A stretch of DNA of 64,000 nucleotides, from assembly GCA_950097015.1 (NCBI GenBank), contig CATNEN010000034.1, forward strand, positions 62,001-126,000. The letters are read 5' to 3'. Origin of the DNA: Macrostomum hystrix (Eukaryota; Animalia; Platyhelminthes). The translations under genes and the position numbers were made by a program. The notes beneath the pieces are model-generated. The model was not told where the DNA came from. It was given only the letters and a program-made list of their open reading frames with translations, and made no database searches. Below are positions 39,328 to 51,809 of the stretch, in pieces (position 1 is the stretch's first letter; each line of letters starts with the position of its first letter).

Positions 39328-40023
39328 ATGTCAGACAGCGATAGCGACAGAGATGAGGCAGTGCCAGCAACAGCACCAGCAGCATCGGCGCCAGCGGCGC
39401 CAGCGGCAGCTCCAGCGGCCACCGGAGGCTTCCTAGCCGAGCCCAAGCCGGTGCCTGGCGTGCGCTACCCGCTGCAGGTTCAGTACTGCGGCTCCTGCAG
39501 CCTGCCTCTGGAGCTTTGCGAATTCTCCGCCGACCTGGCCGCCTGCCGCTCTTGGTTGGAGCGGAATCTGCCCGAGGAATTCGCTACCAGGATTTCCGTC
39601 GCCGCTGGCGGCTCCTCCGCAGCCGAATCGAATAAATCCGGCGCAGCAGCGCCTGAGGAGACGGCCGCCGGCGAGGACGACGACAAGAAGAAGCGGCAGA
39701 CCCGCGGTGGCAAGGGCACCAACAAGGAGGCCAAGAAAAAGAAGGACACGGCGGAGCAGGCCAGGATCTGCCTGTCACGAGCCCAGCGCGGCAAGAGAAA
39801 GTCCGTCACGGTGGTGACCGGCCTGGCCTCGTTCGGCATTGATCTGAAAGAAGCCTCGCGGGTGTTCGGCCAGAAATTTGCCACTGGCGCCAGCGTCACT
39901 GGCAACGGCGACGAGATTGTCATTCAGGGCGACGTCCGGGACGACCTGTTTGATTTCCTGCCGGAGCGGTGGCCGGCCATCGACGAAGAGCGAATTGAGG
40001 ATCTGGGAGATTTGAAACGATGA
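39328..40023 (+). CDS. DENR: Density-regulated protein (translation re-initiation factor, MCTS1 partner), 231 aa, single exon
   Basis: N-terminal YCGSCSLPLELCEF Zn motif, KKRQTRGGKG, and a SUI1 domain RGKRKSVTVVTGL...FGQKFATGASV...IVIQGDV. Confidence 0.95.
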   Translation: MSDSDSDRDEAVPATAPAASAPAAPAAAPAATGGFLAEPKPVPGVRYPLQVQYCGSCSLPLELCEFSADLAACRSWLERNLPEEFATRISVAAGGSSAAESNKSGAAAPEETAAGEDDDKKKRQTRGGKGTNKEAKKKKDTAEQARICLSRAQRGKRKSVTVVTGLASFGIDLKEASRVFGQKFATGASVTGNGDEIVIQGDVRDDLFDFLPERWPAIDEERIEDLGDLKR

Positions 40024-40174
40024 TTGGCGTTGGTGGGATTCGGCAATGGGGAGAGCTGATTTGGGAGTTTTTTGGCTGGGGATGACAGTGGCTTTGCTTG
40101 GTGAAAACGGCGATATATTAAAAAAATAATTAGTTTCAATCATTTCCTTACACCTTCTTAATATCTTAGGTTTA

Positions 40175-40370
40175 TTGTCTCATCTATTCTCTAGGTCCAC
40201 TGTCTCATCTATTCTCTAGGTCTACTGTCTCATCTATTCTCTAGGTCTACTGTCTCATCTATTCTCTAGGTCCACTTTCTCATCTATTCTCTAGGTCCAC
40301 TGTCTCATCTATTCTCTAGGTCTACTGTCTCATCTATTCTCTAGGTCTACTGTCTCATCTATTCTCTGTA
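40175..40370. repeat. 25-bp minisatellite (tctcatctattctctaggtc[t/c]actg)n
   Basis: About 7-8 copies downstream of DENR. Confidence 0.93.
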
Positions 40371-40985
40371 CACATTAACTTTGACTTTGTCGTCTGTTTT
40401 GGTCTGTTAAGATAGGAGCGAATTAAATCTGAATAACAAGGCACTGTCATTCCATCAGCAACGGGTTTTGACATTCGAGGTTTATGAGGCTCTAGCTCTA
40501 CGCAGACAAATAACTAGATAAATTATTATTTATTGTATTAATAATAATTTCTATATTTGTTGCATGGATCCATGCGTCGATGAACAAGTGACGTCACTGG
40601 AGCTGTGTTGATTGGCACAGAATAAATTAGATCGATTTCAATTGAATATTGCCTAGGTTTCTCTTCAAGGTGACCAGTGAGAATTAAGCGCTCGGCTGTT
40701 TGGCATTTTCTGGGCTTGACCTTCACCAGTCGCTGGTGCAGTCAGCTCAGCCTATGCAAATACTTGCCTATTTTTGTTCACTGCCTCTGTTCCGATTTTG
40801 ATCTTTTCACTTTTTAAGCTCCTAGAAGAGATGCTATTCAAGATGGTTCACGGATGATTGTCTCACTGTTGACTATAGACATGGTTCGACAGACGATTTA
40901 CTGGCAAGATAGATTCGCGGATGATCGGTTTTATAATAGTAGTCATTTTTGCAGGAGGGCAATGACACATAATTTGAGGACAATT

Positions 40986-41278
40986 GACCCGCAGCCAGCG
41001 AGGAGGCAAATCTGCCCGTTTCGCTGACTCCTGAGCACACACGCACACAGATACTGTACGTGGCAACAGCTCACACAGGTGTGTTTATTTGCCCTGACTT
41101 TCTCATCGTCAGGCAGTGTACACTTTCACTGTGCCTTGGAGGTTGGCCCTCAATTGCACAACAAGCCCCCAAGCCTTCTCTCCGTGACTGCGCCCTAAAA
41201 GAATGTGGCCTCGCCACGGAATCGAGCTCAGGGACCTTGGTGTGAGAGGCAAACGCGTTAACGGCTCCGCCACTCCCT
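40986..41278 (-). mobile_element. tRNA-headed SINE-like element (family S1)
   Basis: The reverse complement begins agtggcggagccgttaacgc...gagctcgattcc and is colinear with the other S1 copies. Confidence 0.75.
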
Positions 41279-42451
41279 GGTTCACAGATAATTGACTGAC
41301 AAAATGGATTGACAGACATTTCAAGCGATCATTGGTCGATCCATACTGTGACCAAATTACGTGTCAATCCATCTTGTCACTCAATTGACTTGTCAAATCC
41401 GAATTCCAGCCGCTGCTGCAGCCTTGAATTCGTTGACAAAACGCAAGTTGCCTCTGTGCTTTTTGCGCGTGGGATTCTTTGCATTGTATTTGGTGGGATA
41501 AAATCAGGCCGGCTGGTTACTGTAGATGATCATCAAAATAAGATCAGGAAATTGCAGAAAGCCGCTGCAACAGGGTAAGCGCTACAGTAGAGGGCATTGC
41601 TGTATTGCTGTAAAAGCAGGAGTTTGCTGAAATTCTATTAAATTACTGTAAAATCAAAGCAGCAGACAGCAAGCGCGGAAGCGGATGTCTGCAATATTCG
41701 CAATACAAGCTAAACATAGAGATTTCAACGATGGCGCCGAATGCTGTATCGCTATTCCTTATTATATTGCACAAAATTCTATTGGACAAAAGATCTTGAA
41801 TTATTTGAGAGTTTGAAAGCGCAATACGAAACTACAAAAAGTCTTTGTATCTGTAACCGTAGAGCACAAGGGTATTTCAAATAGTGACATTCTTTTTTCT
41901 GTATCCCAAAGTATTCAACCAATCGCTCTATCCGATGAACCAACTTCCATAATAACAAAACATCAGCAAAGCAACGATTCTCGTCGGGTGTCTGATGGCA
42001 AAAACCACCAATATAGGCATATTTTTCTGCTCAAAATTTCATCACGTAACCATGTTGGCTACTATTGTTGATTATATTGCTTCTTTTTGAACCAATATGG
42101 ATTCGCCGTAGAAGTTAATACAGAGCTAGTTTTTGTCACCAGGGTCTTCGACAAGAATCGCTGGATATGTGGACGATACTGACGTCGGTGGCTTTGAAAG
42201 TTAGTTCATCGTGAAGAGTGGAAAGTTTCGATCGATATGGTATTTGAAATATCCCCGAAAACAAAAGCGTGGTGTTTATTTCAGTGTGTAGAAAACGACA
42301 CTGAAGCGTAAAAATGAAGGTAATTGCTTCATGCGATTGTTCGAGCTTCGTAGGAAAAAAGAAAACGGGATAGGATCCGATAGGATTGAAGGGAATGACT
42401 GACTGATGTGTGACCACCTAAAAAACAGCCTGGAGGATTACTCAATCATCT

Positions 42452-45400
42452 CTACTCATAGTAGGACGTTGAATTCGTTGACTCTTCTTCCGGATCAGTC
42501 TCTTCTTGATTCTCAATGTGCTGTTGCTGCTGCTGCTGTTGCTGTTGCTGTTGCTGAGTGTAGAGCAGGTGCTGATGGTGAGGCTGGTCGGGTTCCAGGG
42601 TCTCGGCCGGCAGAGTCTGATCCACCGGGTAGTTTGCATCGTACTCAAGCTTCTCAATCTCCGGGTTGAACGCTACTCGCTTCTCCACATTTTCACCGCC
42701 TCCGCCTCCGCCGACGCCACCGGCAGCCTCCAGCATCATCTCCATGGCAACTGTGTCGCCCTGCATCTCCATGATGGCTGGGAGGTCGCCTGCCGACTGA
42801 CGACAGCCGCCGATGGCCGCCGCAGATGCCGCCTCGCCGACGTGCAGATTGTGCAGCTGGCAGGCGCTTGCACTGTGCGTCCCCTTCATGATGGAGTCGC
42901 CACCAAACTCCTCTTTGTGCTCGCAGATCCAGTCGTCCACGTACAGGTGACAGGCTGACGCAGTCGATGTCGCAGGGGCATTGTCGGCCCCGACCAAGAC
43001 ACCGGCTGTTGAACTGTCGAGATGCTCGCCTCCCGTTGTGGAGGCCGCCCTCACAGGTGACCCCGCGGCGACCGCGACAGCCGCCGAAGTGGCAACAGCG
43101 AAAGCGGCATCGGCTACGTCGCCGCAGTCAGCGATTAGACCAGAGCCGCTGCTAAATCGGCTGCAATCTTGGTCGTTGAAGTCGGCAACAACGCCGCTAA
43201 CGTCGCCTCCATCGACGAGGACGATGGCCGAGCCTGCAGAGCTTTCGCGGCAAGCCTCTTCATCGTCTTCTTCTAACTCTTGTTCTTCAACGTCGATGTC
43301 ATCGTCTTCATCATCACCAGATTGACGATGCCTTTGACAGCGTCGGCGTCGACGGCAGTCCGCTTCAGAGGACGATGTTCCCAGCGCCGAAGATGTCGGC
43401 AGAAGCGGCGCCCTTGTCATCTCGGCATCCCACCTGCCCGAAGCCGTCAGCTGATCAGGATTGTCGCCGCAATGTTCGTCTTTATTACTCATTGAACCCC
43501 GACGGCTGCCCGCCAGCTGGTCGTCGCCGATAACCGGTGTAGCATCGGGCAGCGAGCCACGCGAACTTTCGGCCACCTGGGTCAAGCGACAGTCGATGAC
43601 TCCGCCGCCGGATTCCTCGCGACAGCCGCTCCTCTGCTGCCTGCAGCGGCCGCCGCTGTTGACGATGTTGTTGGCGAAACAGAAGTGCGTGTCCGGCATG
43701 GAGCGGCTGATGTCCGGACTGCTCGGCTGGCTCTCCACCGCCGTTGTGCGGCTGCGGCGCCGCTTGGCCTTCTGGGATGCTGCGGGTTGAAGGGAGAAGT
43801 TGTTAGCTTGAATCAGCTTGTATTTGTGATGGACAGAGAGGAGCAATGACCGCCATCGCGAACGTCTGTCTGGCTAAGGCTAAGGCTAAGGTTAAGGGCT
43901 AAGGCTAGGGCTAAGGCTAAGGCTAAGGTTAAGGGCTAAGGCTAGGGCTAAGGCTAGAGCTAAGGGCTAGGGCTAAGGCTAAGGCTAAGGTCAAGGGCTA
44001 AGGCTAAGGCTAAGGTTAAGGGCTAAGGCTAGGGCTAAGGCTAGAGCTAAGGGCTAGGGCTAAGGCTAAGGCTAAGGTCAAGGGCTAAGGCTAGGGCTAA
44101 GGCTAAGGCTAAGGCTAAGGCTAAGGCTAAGGCTAATGCTAAGGCTAGGGTTACGGCTAAGGCTAAGGCTAAGGCTAAGGCTAAGGCTAAGGCTAAGGCT
44201 AAGGCTAATGCTAAGGCTAGGGTTACGGCTAAGGCTGAGGCTCATGAGGCTATGATTTATGAATCACATATTCTTGAGGCTGCCCTTCGAACATCAGTGT
44301 AACAAAGTGCGGCTATTTTCACTGGAAACCAGACAGTAAAGCTGACAGTTGAATCAAATTTCAACGCCTCGGTTCTTGTTGGAACCGTGAGAGCCTAATT
44401 TCTCAATGGCGCCCTCATTTGGTTGTGAGTTTCTCTCTACTTAATAAATTTTTCTGAAGGGCTAAAAGTGCACGACCGAGTTTTCGCCCGGTTCGCCTTG
44501 CCTAGCCTCCGCTTTTTCTGCCACACTGGCTTATGGAGCAACAGCATGCGTTTGTCCTGGGAGACTGCATTCTAATCAGTCAATTCCGAGGCAATCGTGT
44601 GGACTTGTATTTGCCCAAATTCAGGTCGAACTCGACCTAAAATTATTCCTTATAGCGATCATTACTTTCTAACATCATGACTTTGACGACTCATATTGCT
44701 TTTTTTTATTTGCGACCCTGCTGACTAACAGAGCTTTTATAATTCATTAATCAGACTGTATAATTCTCATTTATGCGTTGCCCCGGCTATGTCTTCGCAA
44801 TTTCTTGATGCGATGACTCCCAACTCATATGACCCCAACTCTCATGACCCCAACTCCCATGACCCCAACACCCATGACCCCAACTCATATGACCCCAACT
44901 CTCATGACCCCAAATCCCGTGACCGAAACTCCCATGACCCCAACTCATGTGACCCCAAATCCCGTGACCGAACCTCCCATGACCCTAACTCCCATGAACC
45001 CAACTCATATGACCCCAACTCCCATGACCCTAACTCATATGAACCCAAATCCCGTGACCGAAACTCCCATGACCCCAACTCATGTGACCCCAAATCCCGT
45101 GACCGAACCTCCCATGACCCTAACTCCCATGACCCCAACTCATATGACCCCAACTCCCATGACCCCAACTCATATGAACCCAAATCCCATGACCAAAACT
45201 CCCATGACTCAAAATCCCATGAACAGCGGTCATTTCTGTTCGGTCAGTGCTGAATTGCTCACTCAGCATCGCCTTGACTTCGTCCATCCGGTCGATGCTG
45301 ATCCTCAGCGGCGGCAGGCGTCTCTGTCGCTTCTTCGGGCTGACCTCCTGGTCGCCGCCGCCGCGCGAGTGCAGCGTGTGCGTGCTGGTGAAGTTGGACT

Positions 45401-48400
45401 CGGAAGCGTCCTCCGGTATGTTCGGCATGTGGCCGTGCGAGCTGCCGTGGCCCTGCGGCGGGACCTCCAGATTGGCCGTGGACCCAAACCAGCCGCTGGT
45501 CATGGCGAACTTCTCCGAGGCCTGGGTGTAGGACATCTGAGGGTCCTCCTTGTTCCACCAGCGGTCCTTCTCTAGCGCCGGCAGGGTGGTCAGCATGTTG
45601 TCCACGGCGAAGAGGCCAACCTTGAGGTTGCGGTCGACAATCCAGTTGCACTCGAAATCGTCGTCGTCTTCGCCGAACGGATTGATCATCTGCTCGGCCA
45701 CCTGCGGGTTTGTCAAGTTGGGCCACATGTACCTGCGTACAGCTGTTCAGTCCGTGGACTGGGGGAGGCCGCCACAACCACCTAAATTTTACGGATAGGA
45801 TAACTAAAGCACAATGGAAGTTTCTTGTGTGAGCCTCGATCAGAAGGCTGCTTGAGTGTGGGCTACTAATTTGCGATATCCGATATGTGTTGAAAAACGT
45901 CTAACCAAACTTATGGAAGCGACTTTTAGTAGCGGTAAAATAAGATGGTCGCACCTTGAGCCAGCCCAGGTAGAAGAACAGCTGCATCAGGGTGTCGATG
46001 GGCACGTACAGGTCAATGGAATATTTGGCCGACATCTCTGGCCCGAATTCTTCCCTGACACTGGCGAAGTTGATGTACTGCCTGGACATTATAGTGTTGA
46101 AGTAGAAAACGTAGACCGCCAATGTGGCTACCTGCAGTTGATTATCAAAGGTGCTAATGCTAATCAAAATAGCGTATAATTTTGCATGTTCCGTATAATA
46201 TTTGTTCAATTTACCTGCGTATAAACAAGCGGAATGCTGATCCAGTCATAGGAGAACAGTGTTCCTAGGCACTCTTTGAATCTGCTCAGTTCCTGTGGCG
46301 TTGAGTGCGTATTATGAGACTGGTGTACTACTTGTTAGGCAATTAAATATGAGCTACAATGTGCTTAGTATATTACCATACGCCATAGCAGTTGGCAGGT
46401 GAGATCTACTGCGGAGTGAGGTGGGTGGCGAAAGGAGGTGGGGGCGGAAGGAGGTGGGTGGTGGAGGGAGGTGGGTGGCGGAAGGAGGTGGGTGGTGGAG
46501 GGAGGTGGTTGGCGGAGGGAGGTGGGTGGAGGGGAGAGAGCTGAATGGCAGATAAGCAAGCCAAATGGCACTAAAATAATTTCATGCGCTCACATCCAGC
46601 AGAACGCACAACGGGTAGTCCCCGATTCGGTTTTCTCTGCGCGCCCGCTGGAAAAGCATGGCGCACCACTGGGTGGGCACCCAGTACTTGCTGGATATGT
46701 GCGGCACCTTCTCATGATTGTATAGTTCGAACTCGTTCTCAGTCATGAGGCCTGTTGTGGTGCAAAGAAGGTGGCATGGAAATATTAAAGGTGCGAAGCA
46801 TTACTTGCTTATCATCACTCAGGAATCGAAATGGGGTCTCACCCTGATCCACCAGACTCCCCAGAGTGGGAAATCGCTTCTTAACGGTGGAGCTGATGGT
46901 CCGTAGCAGCAGCACCTCGGCTTGAATCAGGTAGCGAATGGCGGTTCGCCTCAGCATCACAGTGTTCTCATCGGCTCCAGGAATGAGCACGGCAAAGTAG
47001 GACATGATGCTGCGGGCCATCGAAGTGGACTATGTGCTGACGGATAATTAATTGACAGGTGAGGATCTACACTTCATCGATCCGTACCTCAGACTATTGA
47101 AAAACGTAAATAATTTTGAACGATAGATAAAGTCGCGCAGGGCAAATGCTCGTCGAGTTTTTATATGAGGGGATCCAACTCACCGGTCTGGCCAAGGGAT
47201 GTAACAGTACTGTGCCCACCAGCGCTGTACTACAACCGTAACGTAAAAGCCAAGGATAAAGGTGAGCGGCAGGATGCTCTCGAATGTGCCGCTGTAGACA
47301 ACTATCTTCTCGAAGACTCTGCAAAGCAGTGGGTGGCGGAGGGAGGTGGGGGAGATGTGTAATTGAGTGGGTTGGACGACGGTGTGAGGTGGGCGATGGA
47401 GTGAGGTGGGCGATGGAGTGAGGTGGGCGATGGAGTGAGGTGGGCGATAGAGTGAGGTGGGCGATGGAGTGAGGTGAGCGATAGAGTCAGGTTAGGCGAT
47501 GAAGTGAGGTGGGTGATGGAGTGAGGTGGGCGATGGGGTGAGTTTAGGCGATGGAGTTAGGTGGGCGATGGAGTGGGGTGGGTGATGGAGTGAGGTGGGC
47601 GATGGTGTGAGGTGGGTGAAGAGATCGAAAAAAGAAGCAGAAAAAATACCAGTTAATGATAAGTACGAGTATATATAATAGAGCCACCTATTACTTTAAG
47701 GCAACATGCTATAAAGTGTCTTGAATATTGTTCAAAATTTTCTTTGTGGCGCTGAAATTCGTAGCTCTATCACAGTGCATGAGAAGAATGGTGAAATCGA
47801 GAAAGGGGAAAACGCTATTCTTGATGAAGCAGTTGCTTCGCTGAGCCTTCAAAAGGTTCAGCAGAGCTCCTGTCACTCATTGTCAACTGTGCTGCCTCTC
47901 GTCAGTCGAAATTCACCTTCCTGGCCAAATGCCTTCTAGTAAGCGAGCCAGCTCTCGAAAACTATTTCTCCCCAGGTAAATAACGCAGTGCAGTGGAGTC
48001 TTTGCACACAAAGGGTCTAAATATAGGCCTTCATGATTGGTGATTGGACGCACAATGTCTGTTTAAACACTCCTCAGGTGCACTTTTCAGCGTACAGACT
48101 GGAGATGACAAAAATATGTTTCTTTTTAGCATTCAAATCAGCTGGGTCTCCCGCTGAGGAATTCTGGGCCGGATATTTAAATTCTTAGTGCGTGGATCTG
48201 GTGGCCCAGACAGACCTTTATTTATTTATGAGCCATGAGGCTTGTCCAAATGAGTTGGAGCTGTATAGTTGAACCTTAAAAGTGCGAGAAATACAGGAAG
48301 GAACAGGCAACTGAACAGGCGGTTAGTTACTAAAGAAGATCGGGCTTTTTTTCAAAGAGCAAAATTACACTCGGGTGGATATGGGGAAGTTGGGAGATTG

Positions 48401-49486
48401 TGCGGAAGTTAGGACATTGAGGGAGAGGATGAGACATTGTTGCGCAAAAGGATAATTTTAAACAAGAGTTTGTGGCCAGAATGTGGGCAATAGGGCAGAT
48501 TGCGGGCAATAGGGCAGATTGCGGGCAATAGGGCAGATTGTGGGGAAGAGGGCAGATTGTGGGCAATAGGGCAGATTGTGGGGAAGAGGGCAGATTGTGG
48601 GCAATAGGGCAGATTGTGGGCAATAGGGTAGATTGTGGGGAAGAGGGCAGATTGTGGGCAATAGGGCAGATTGTGGGCAATAGGGTAGATTGTGGGCAAT
48701 AGAGCAGATTGTGGGCAATAGGGCAGATTGTGGGCAATAGAGCAGATTGTGGGCAATAGAGCAGATTGTGGGCAATAGGGCAGATTGTGGGCAATAGGGC
48801 AGATTGTGGGCAATAGGGCAGATTGTGGGCAATAGGGCAGATTGTGGGGAAGAGGGCAGATATTGGGGAAGTGGGCAGATTTTGGGGAAGTGGGCAGATA
48901 TTGGGGAAGTGGGCAGATATTGGGGAAGTGGGCAGATTTTGGGGAAGTGGGCAGATAGTGGGGAAGTGGGCAGATTGCGGGGAAGACGGCTGGTTGTGGG
49001 GAAGTGTGCAGGTTGCGGGGAATTTGGCAGGTTGTGGTGAAGATGGCAGGTTGCGGGGAAGTTGGCAGGTTGCGGGGAAGTGTGCAGGTTGCGGGGAAGA
49101 TGGCAGGTTGTGGGGAAGTTGGCAGGTTGCGGGGAAGTGTGCAGGTTGCGGGGAAGATGGCAGGTTGCGGGGAAGTTGGCAGGTTGCGTGGAAGATGGCA
49201 GGTTGCGGGGAAGTGGGCAGGTTGTGGGGAGGATGACAAGGACTAAAAGAACTGTCAATCAGACAGGGCCTGTTCCACCCCAATGGTCGGTGGCCTTCGC
49301 TCACTTTCTCTGCGCCGGGGTGTGCAGAGCCAGCCGGTAAACGCAGCTAGTGGCGGTGTACAGGACACAGAAGATCAGCAGCTCACGGAACACCAGCTTG
49401 TAGACGGAGGCCCGCCAGATGCCCAGCAGCCTGGCCAATCCCAGCAGCTTGACCTCGCCAACTCGGTAGGAGTATGAGTAGGTCAT
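42452..49486 (-). CDS. BEST: Bestrophin anion channel with a very long low-complexity C-terminal tail, ~887 aa, 8 coding exons
   Basis: Exons 49486-49305, 47318-47184, 47009-46843, 46751-46594, 46292-46215, 46131-45955, 45701-45263 and 43779-42452; total 2664 nt with matched phases. Motifs MTYSY, LGFYV...[41 protein letters not shown]. The last-exon join is less certain than the core. Confidence 0.9.
43870..44240. repeat. (GGCTAA)n-type hexamer microsatellite with variants, in the last bestrophin intron
   Basis: Long ctaaggctaagg runs interspersed with gggctagg and ggttaagg. Confidence 0.95.
44810..45215. repeat. 15-bp minisatellite (catgaccccaactc-type) with a 9-unit higher-order duplication
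   Basis: The translated track shows 5-aa units with the block [25 protein letters not shown] recurring nine units later. Confidence 0.92.
46405..46530. repeat. G-rich degenerate repeat (ggaggtgggtgg...) in a bestrophin intron
   Basis: Repeated gggtgg/ggaggt tracts. Confidence 0.85.
47380..47620. repeat. 17-bp minisatellite (gatggagtgaggtgggc)n in bestrophin intron 1
   Basis: About 13 copies. Confidence 0.93.
48480..49230. repeat. 19-bp G-rich minisatellite with a progressive unit gradient, bestrophin intron 1
   Basis: The unit drifts from gggcagattgtgggcaata through gggcagatattggggaagt to ggcaggttgcggggaagat. Confidence 0.95.
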
Positions 49487-50796
49487 GGCGCTCCGCTGAG
49501 CCTCAAGATCTGTTGTCGGGGCAGGCGCCTACGGATTAGCCGGCTTCGCTTGGTTTTTAAAGAGGCCCAGAGATTTCAGGCGCCGATTGCAGATTAAGCA
49601 ACAAAGGAGTCCAGCTGCGCTAACAATGAGCCCTATAGAACTGGCTCCAGCCGGACACAACTGGAAACTACTGGATAGGCGGCAGGGCGTGGGTAGGTCG
49701 CAGATAGAATGATTAGAAAGTAAAGCTGAGAGGTGAGACAGATGCAGAGAAAAAAATTACGGAGGGGGTGGGTCGGTTTGGTGGTCTGGCAACAGACAAA
49801 ACGCCTGCGACTAAGGCCAGAGGTTGAATACTTATGCCGCAGTGTTGCGCGTGGGAGTGCCCTAAGGACTGGTCCAAAATGCACTGGTCGGCTAAGTGAG
49901 CTGCGTGCGGAGCAGGCGATGACTCACGGTTCCGCGGCCTCTAACTAACAATGTCGGCTGTAAACAAGCCTGTTAAAAGCTGCTGCCCTTACCGCCCTTT
50001 TATCCCTTAAAACTGCATCGCCTTGACTTCCCCATCCAATCCGGCCGGAGGGTTGCAATTTTTCTCCCAACACCGTCCTCCTAAATCTCCCGTCTGAGGC
50101 GGGGAGCACGTACAGGCCCGAAATCCGGCGGACTCCCAAGCCATCCAGTCTGTCTCTAAGCTTATAGGCTGGCGCAGAAACCCCACGCTGAGCTTGTCTG
50201 CTGACTGTGGCGACTGCGCATGCGTGAGTGAGTGTGTTTTACTGACGGAGGGAGGGAGGGAGTGAGGGAGGGGGAGACGGCGCCATTGCAGTACAGCGAG
50301 TACAGCTTCCTCGCCGGCCCGACTAAATTAGGCCAGCCAATAGGCCAGTATAGCCAGCCAACCTTTCTACCCCCCCAGGAGCCTTCTCTCCATTCCTTTC
50401 CCCACCCCACCAGCATTCATCGTAGCATGCGGCCCTCCCGTTAACAAGCAGCGATTCGGATGCAGACGTAACTATAGTAAGGATAGATATACTATAGTAT
50501 AGTATAGTATAGGCTAAACTGAATTAGTTCAATGCCTGTACCTGCGTGTTGTGCCTCTGTACAATAGTTAAAGCGGCGAAGTCCACCCCGATTTTAAGGC
50601 GACCCAGCGAGGTCGCTGGGAGGTCACTGAGACATGTGCATGCAGTATGTTGTGCATTTTGGCACACGCGGAAAAATGCCTGCTTAAATACAGGTTGACA
50701 CTGCTATGACTAATAAAGCGTACATACAGTTCTTCTTAGATGCAAGCTAATCATTTTTCTTTTAATTTGAATGGCTGGTGCTATACCTGTTCTCTA

Positions 50797-50890
50797 CCGG
50801 TGGCAGAGCGGTCAACGCGTTTGTCTGGGCTCGATTCCGCTGCGGAGCCGCAGAGAGAAGGCTTGCGGGCTTGTCGTGCTGATGATGTGC
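50797..50890 (+). mobile_element. Internally deleted S1 SINE-like fragment
   Basis: tggcagagcgg (strong A box), gggctcgattcc (B box) and gagaaggcttg...cttgtc are shared with S1. Confidence 0.6.
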
Positions 50891-51809
50891 CATTCCCTGA
50901 AAATATTATTAAAATATTCAAATAAGCATTTTAAATTCTCACTGCATAATCTCTTCGTATCGGGAAATTAGGTAACACTATACTCACTTATTATCCCCCT
51001 AAAATTTCCCCAGTGGCATTGTTAGACTGCATGGCGAAGCGTATGTATTTGACAGCATTTCAAAACTACAGCCACCCATGCACGCTATTAATCAGCTTTA
51101 AAGATCTAAAATTGACCTCACTTCACTTTACCTGGAGAATCGGTTTTGTTTACGAAAAAGCCGACTAAATCGAGATATGAACCGCATTCTTTTCGGCCGC
51201 AAAAACTTCAAAGAGCTTCCGCCAGTAGCTCTCTCGAAAAAAAGTACTAAAAAAGCCCATTAGCCAAGAAACATGTGAAAATGCGTTGTCCAAATATGAA
51301 ATCTAAACTTTCCTACCTGCGCAGTAGGACCAATGCGGCTATGTATTTATTTCTGCAGCAATAAGAATTTACACAATCAATTGAAAATTACATGTCATTT
51401 ACGCATTCATAGCTGATATAACTAAAGTAGCTTTCATATGAAAAAACATTGAATTGACACTGATGATTTGTGAAGAATTGTAAGACTAGCATTGACGGAT
51501 GGCTACGAAAAGTAGAGAAGTTATATCAATAATTATCGAATCAAAAAACTAAACTTTAGATAATTATAGTTAAATGGTTTCGACAATTCGTTGATTTAGT
51601 CAAAGAAACAGTTAAAAAAACAAAAGAGTACGGACTCTAGCCTGCCTAACTACTATAAGTACTATATAGGCGGCAATAGGCGTTTCTCGGTCAGCACCCA
51701 GTTAAGCGGAAATCGCACGATTCATATAAGAAGCCATGTAAATAATCATGCTTTTTGAAATAGCAAATCAGAAATAACCAATCAAATATTAGCAAGCTTT
51801 TTATCGCAA

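Noticed and set aside
42452-43846. Independent 464-aa orphan gene
   Set aside because: It has a non-ATG start, and a strong phase-1 acceptor at 43780 matches the bestrophin donor, so it is better explained as the last bestrophin exon.
43870-44240. True telomere or chromosome end
   Set aside because: It is internal to a bestrophin intron and the unit is not TTAGGG.
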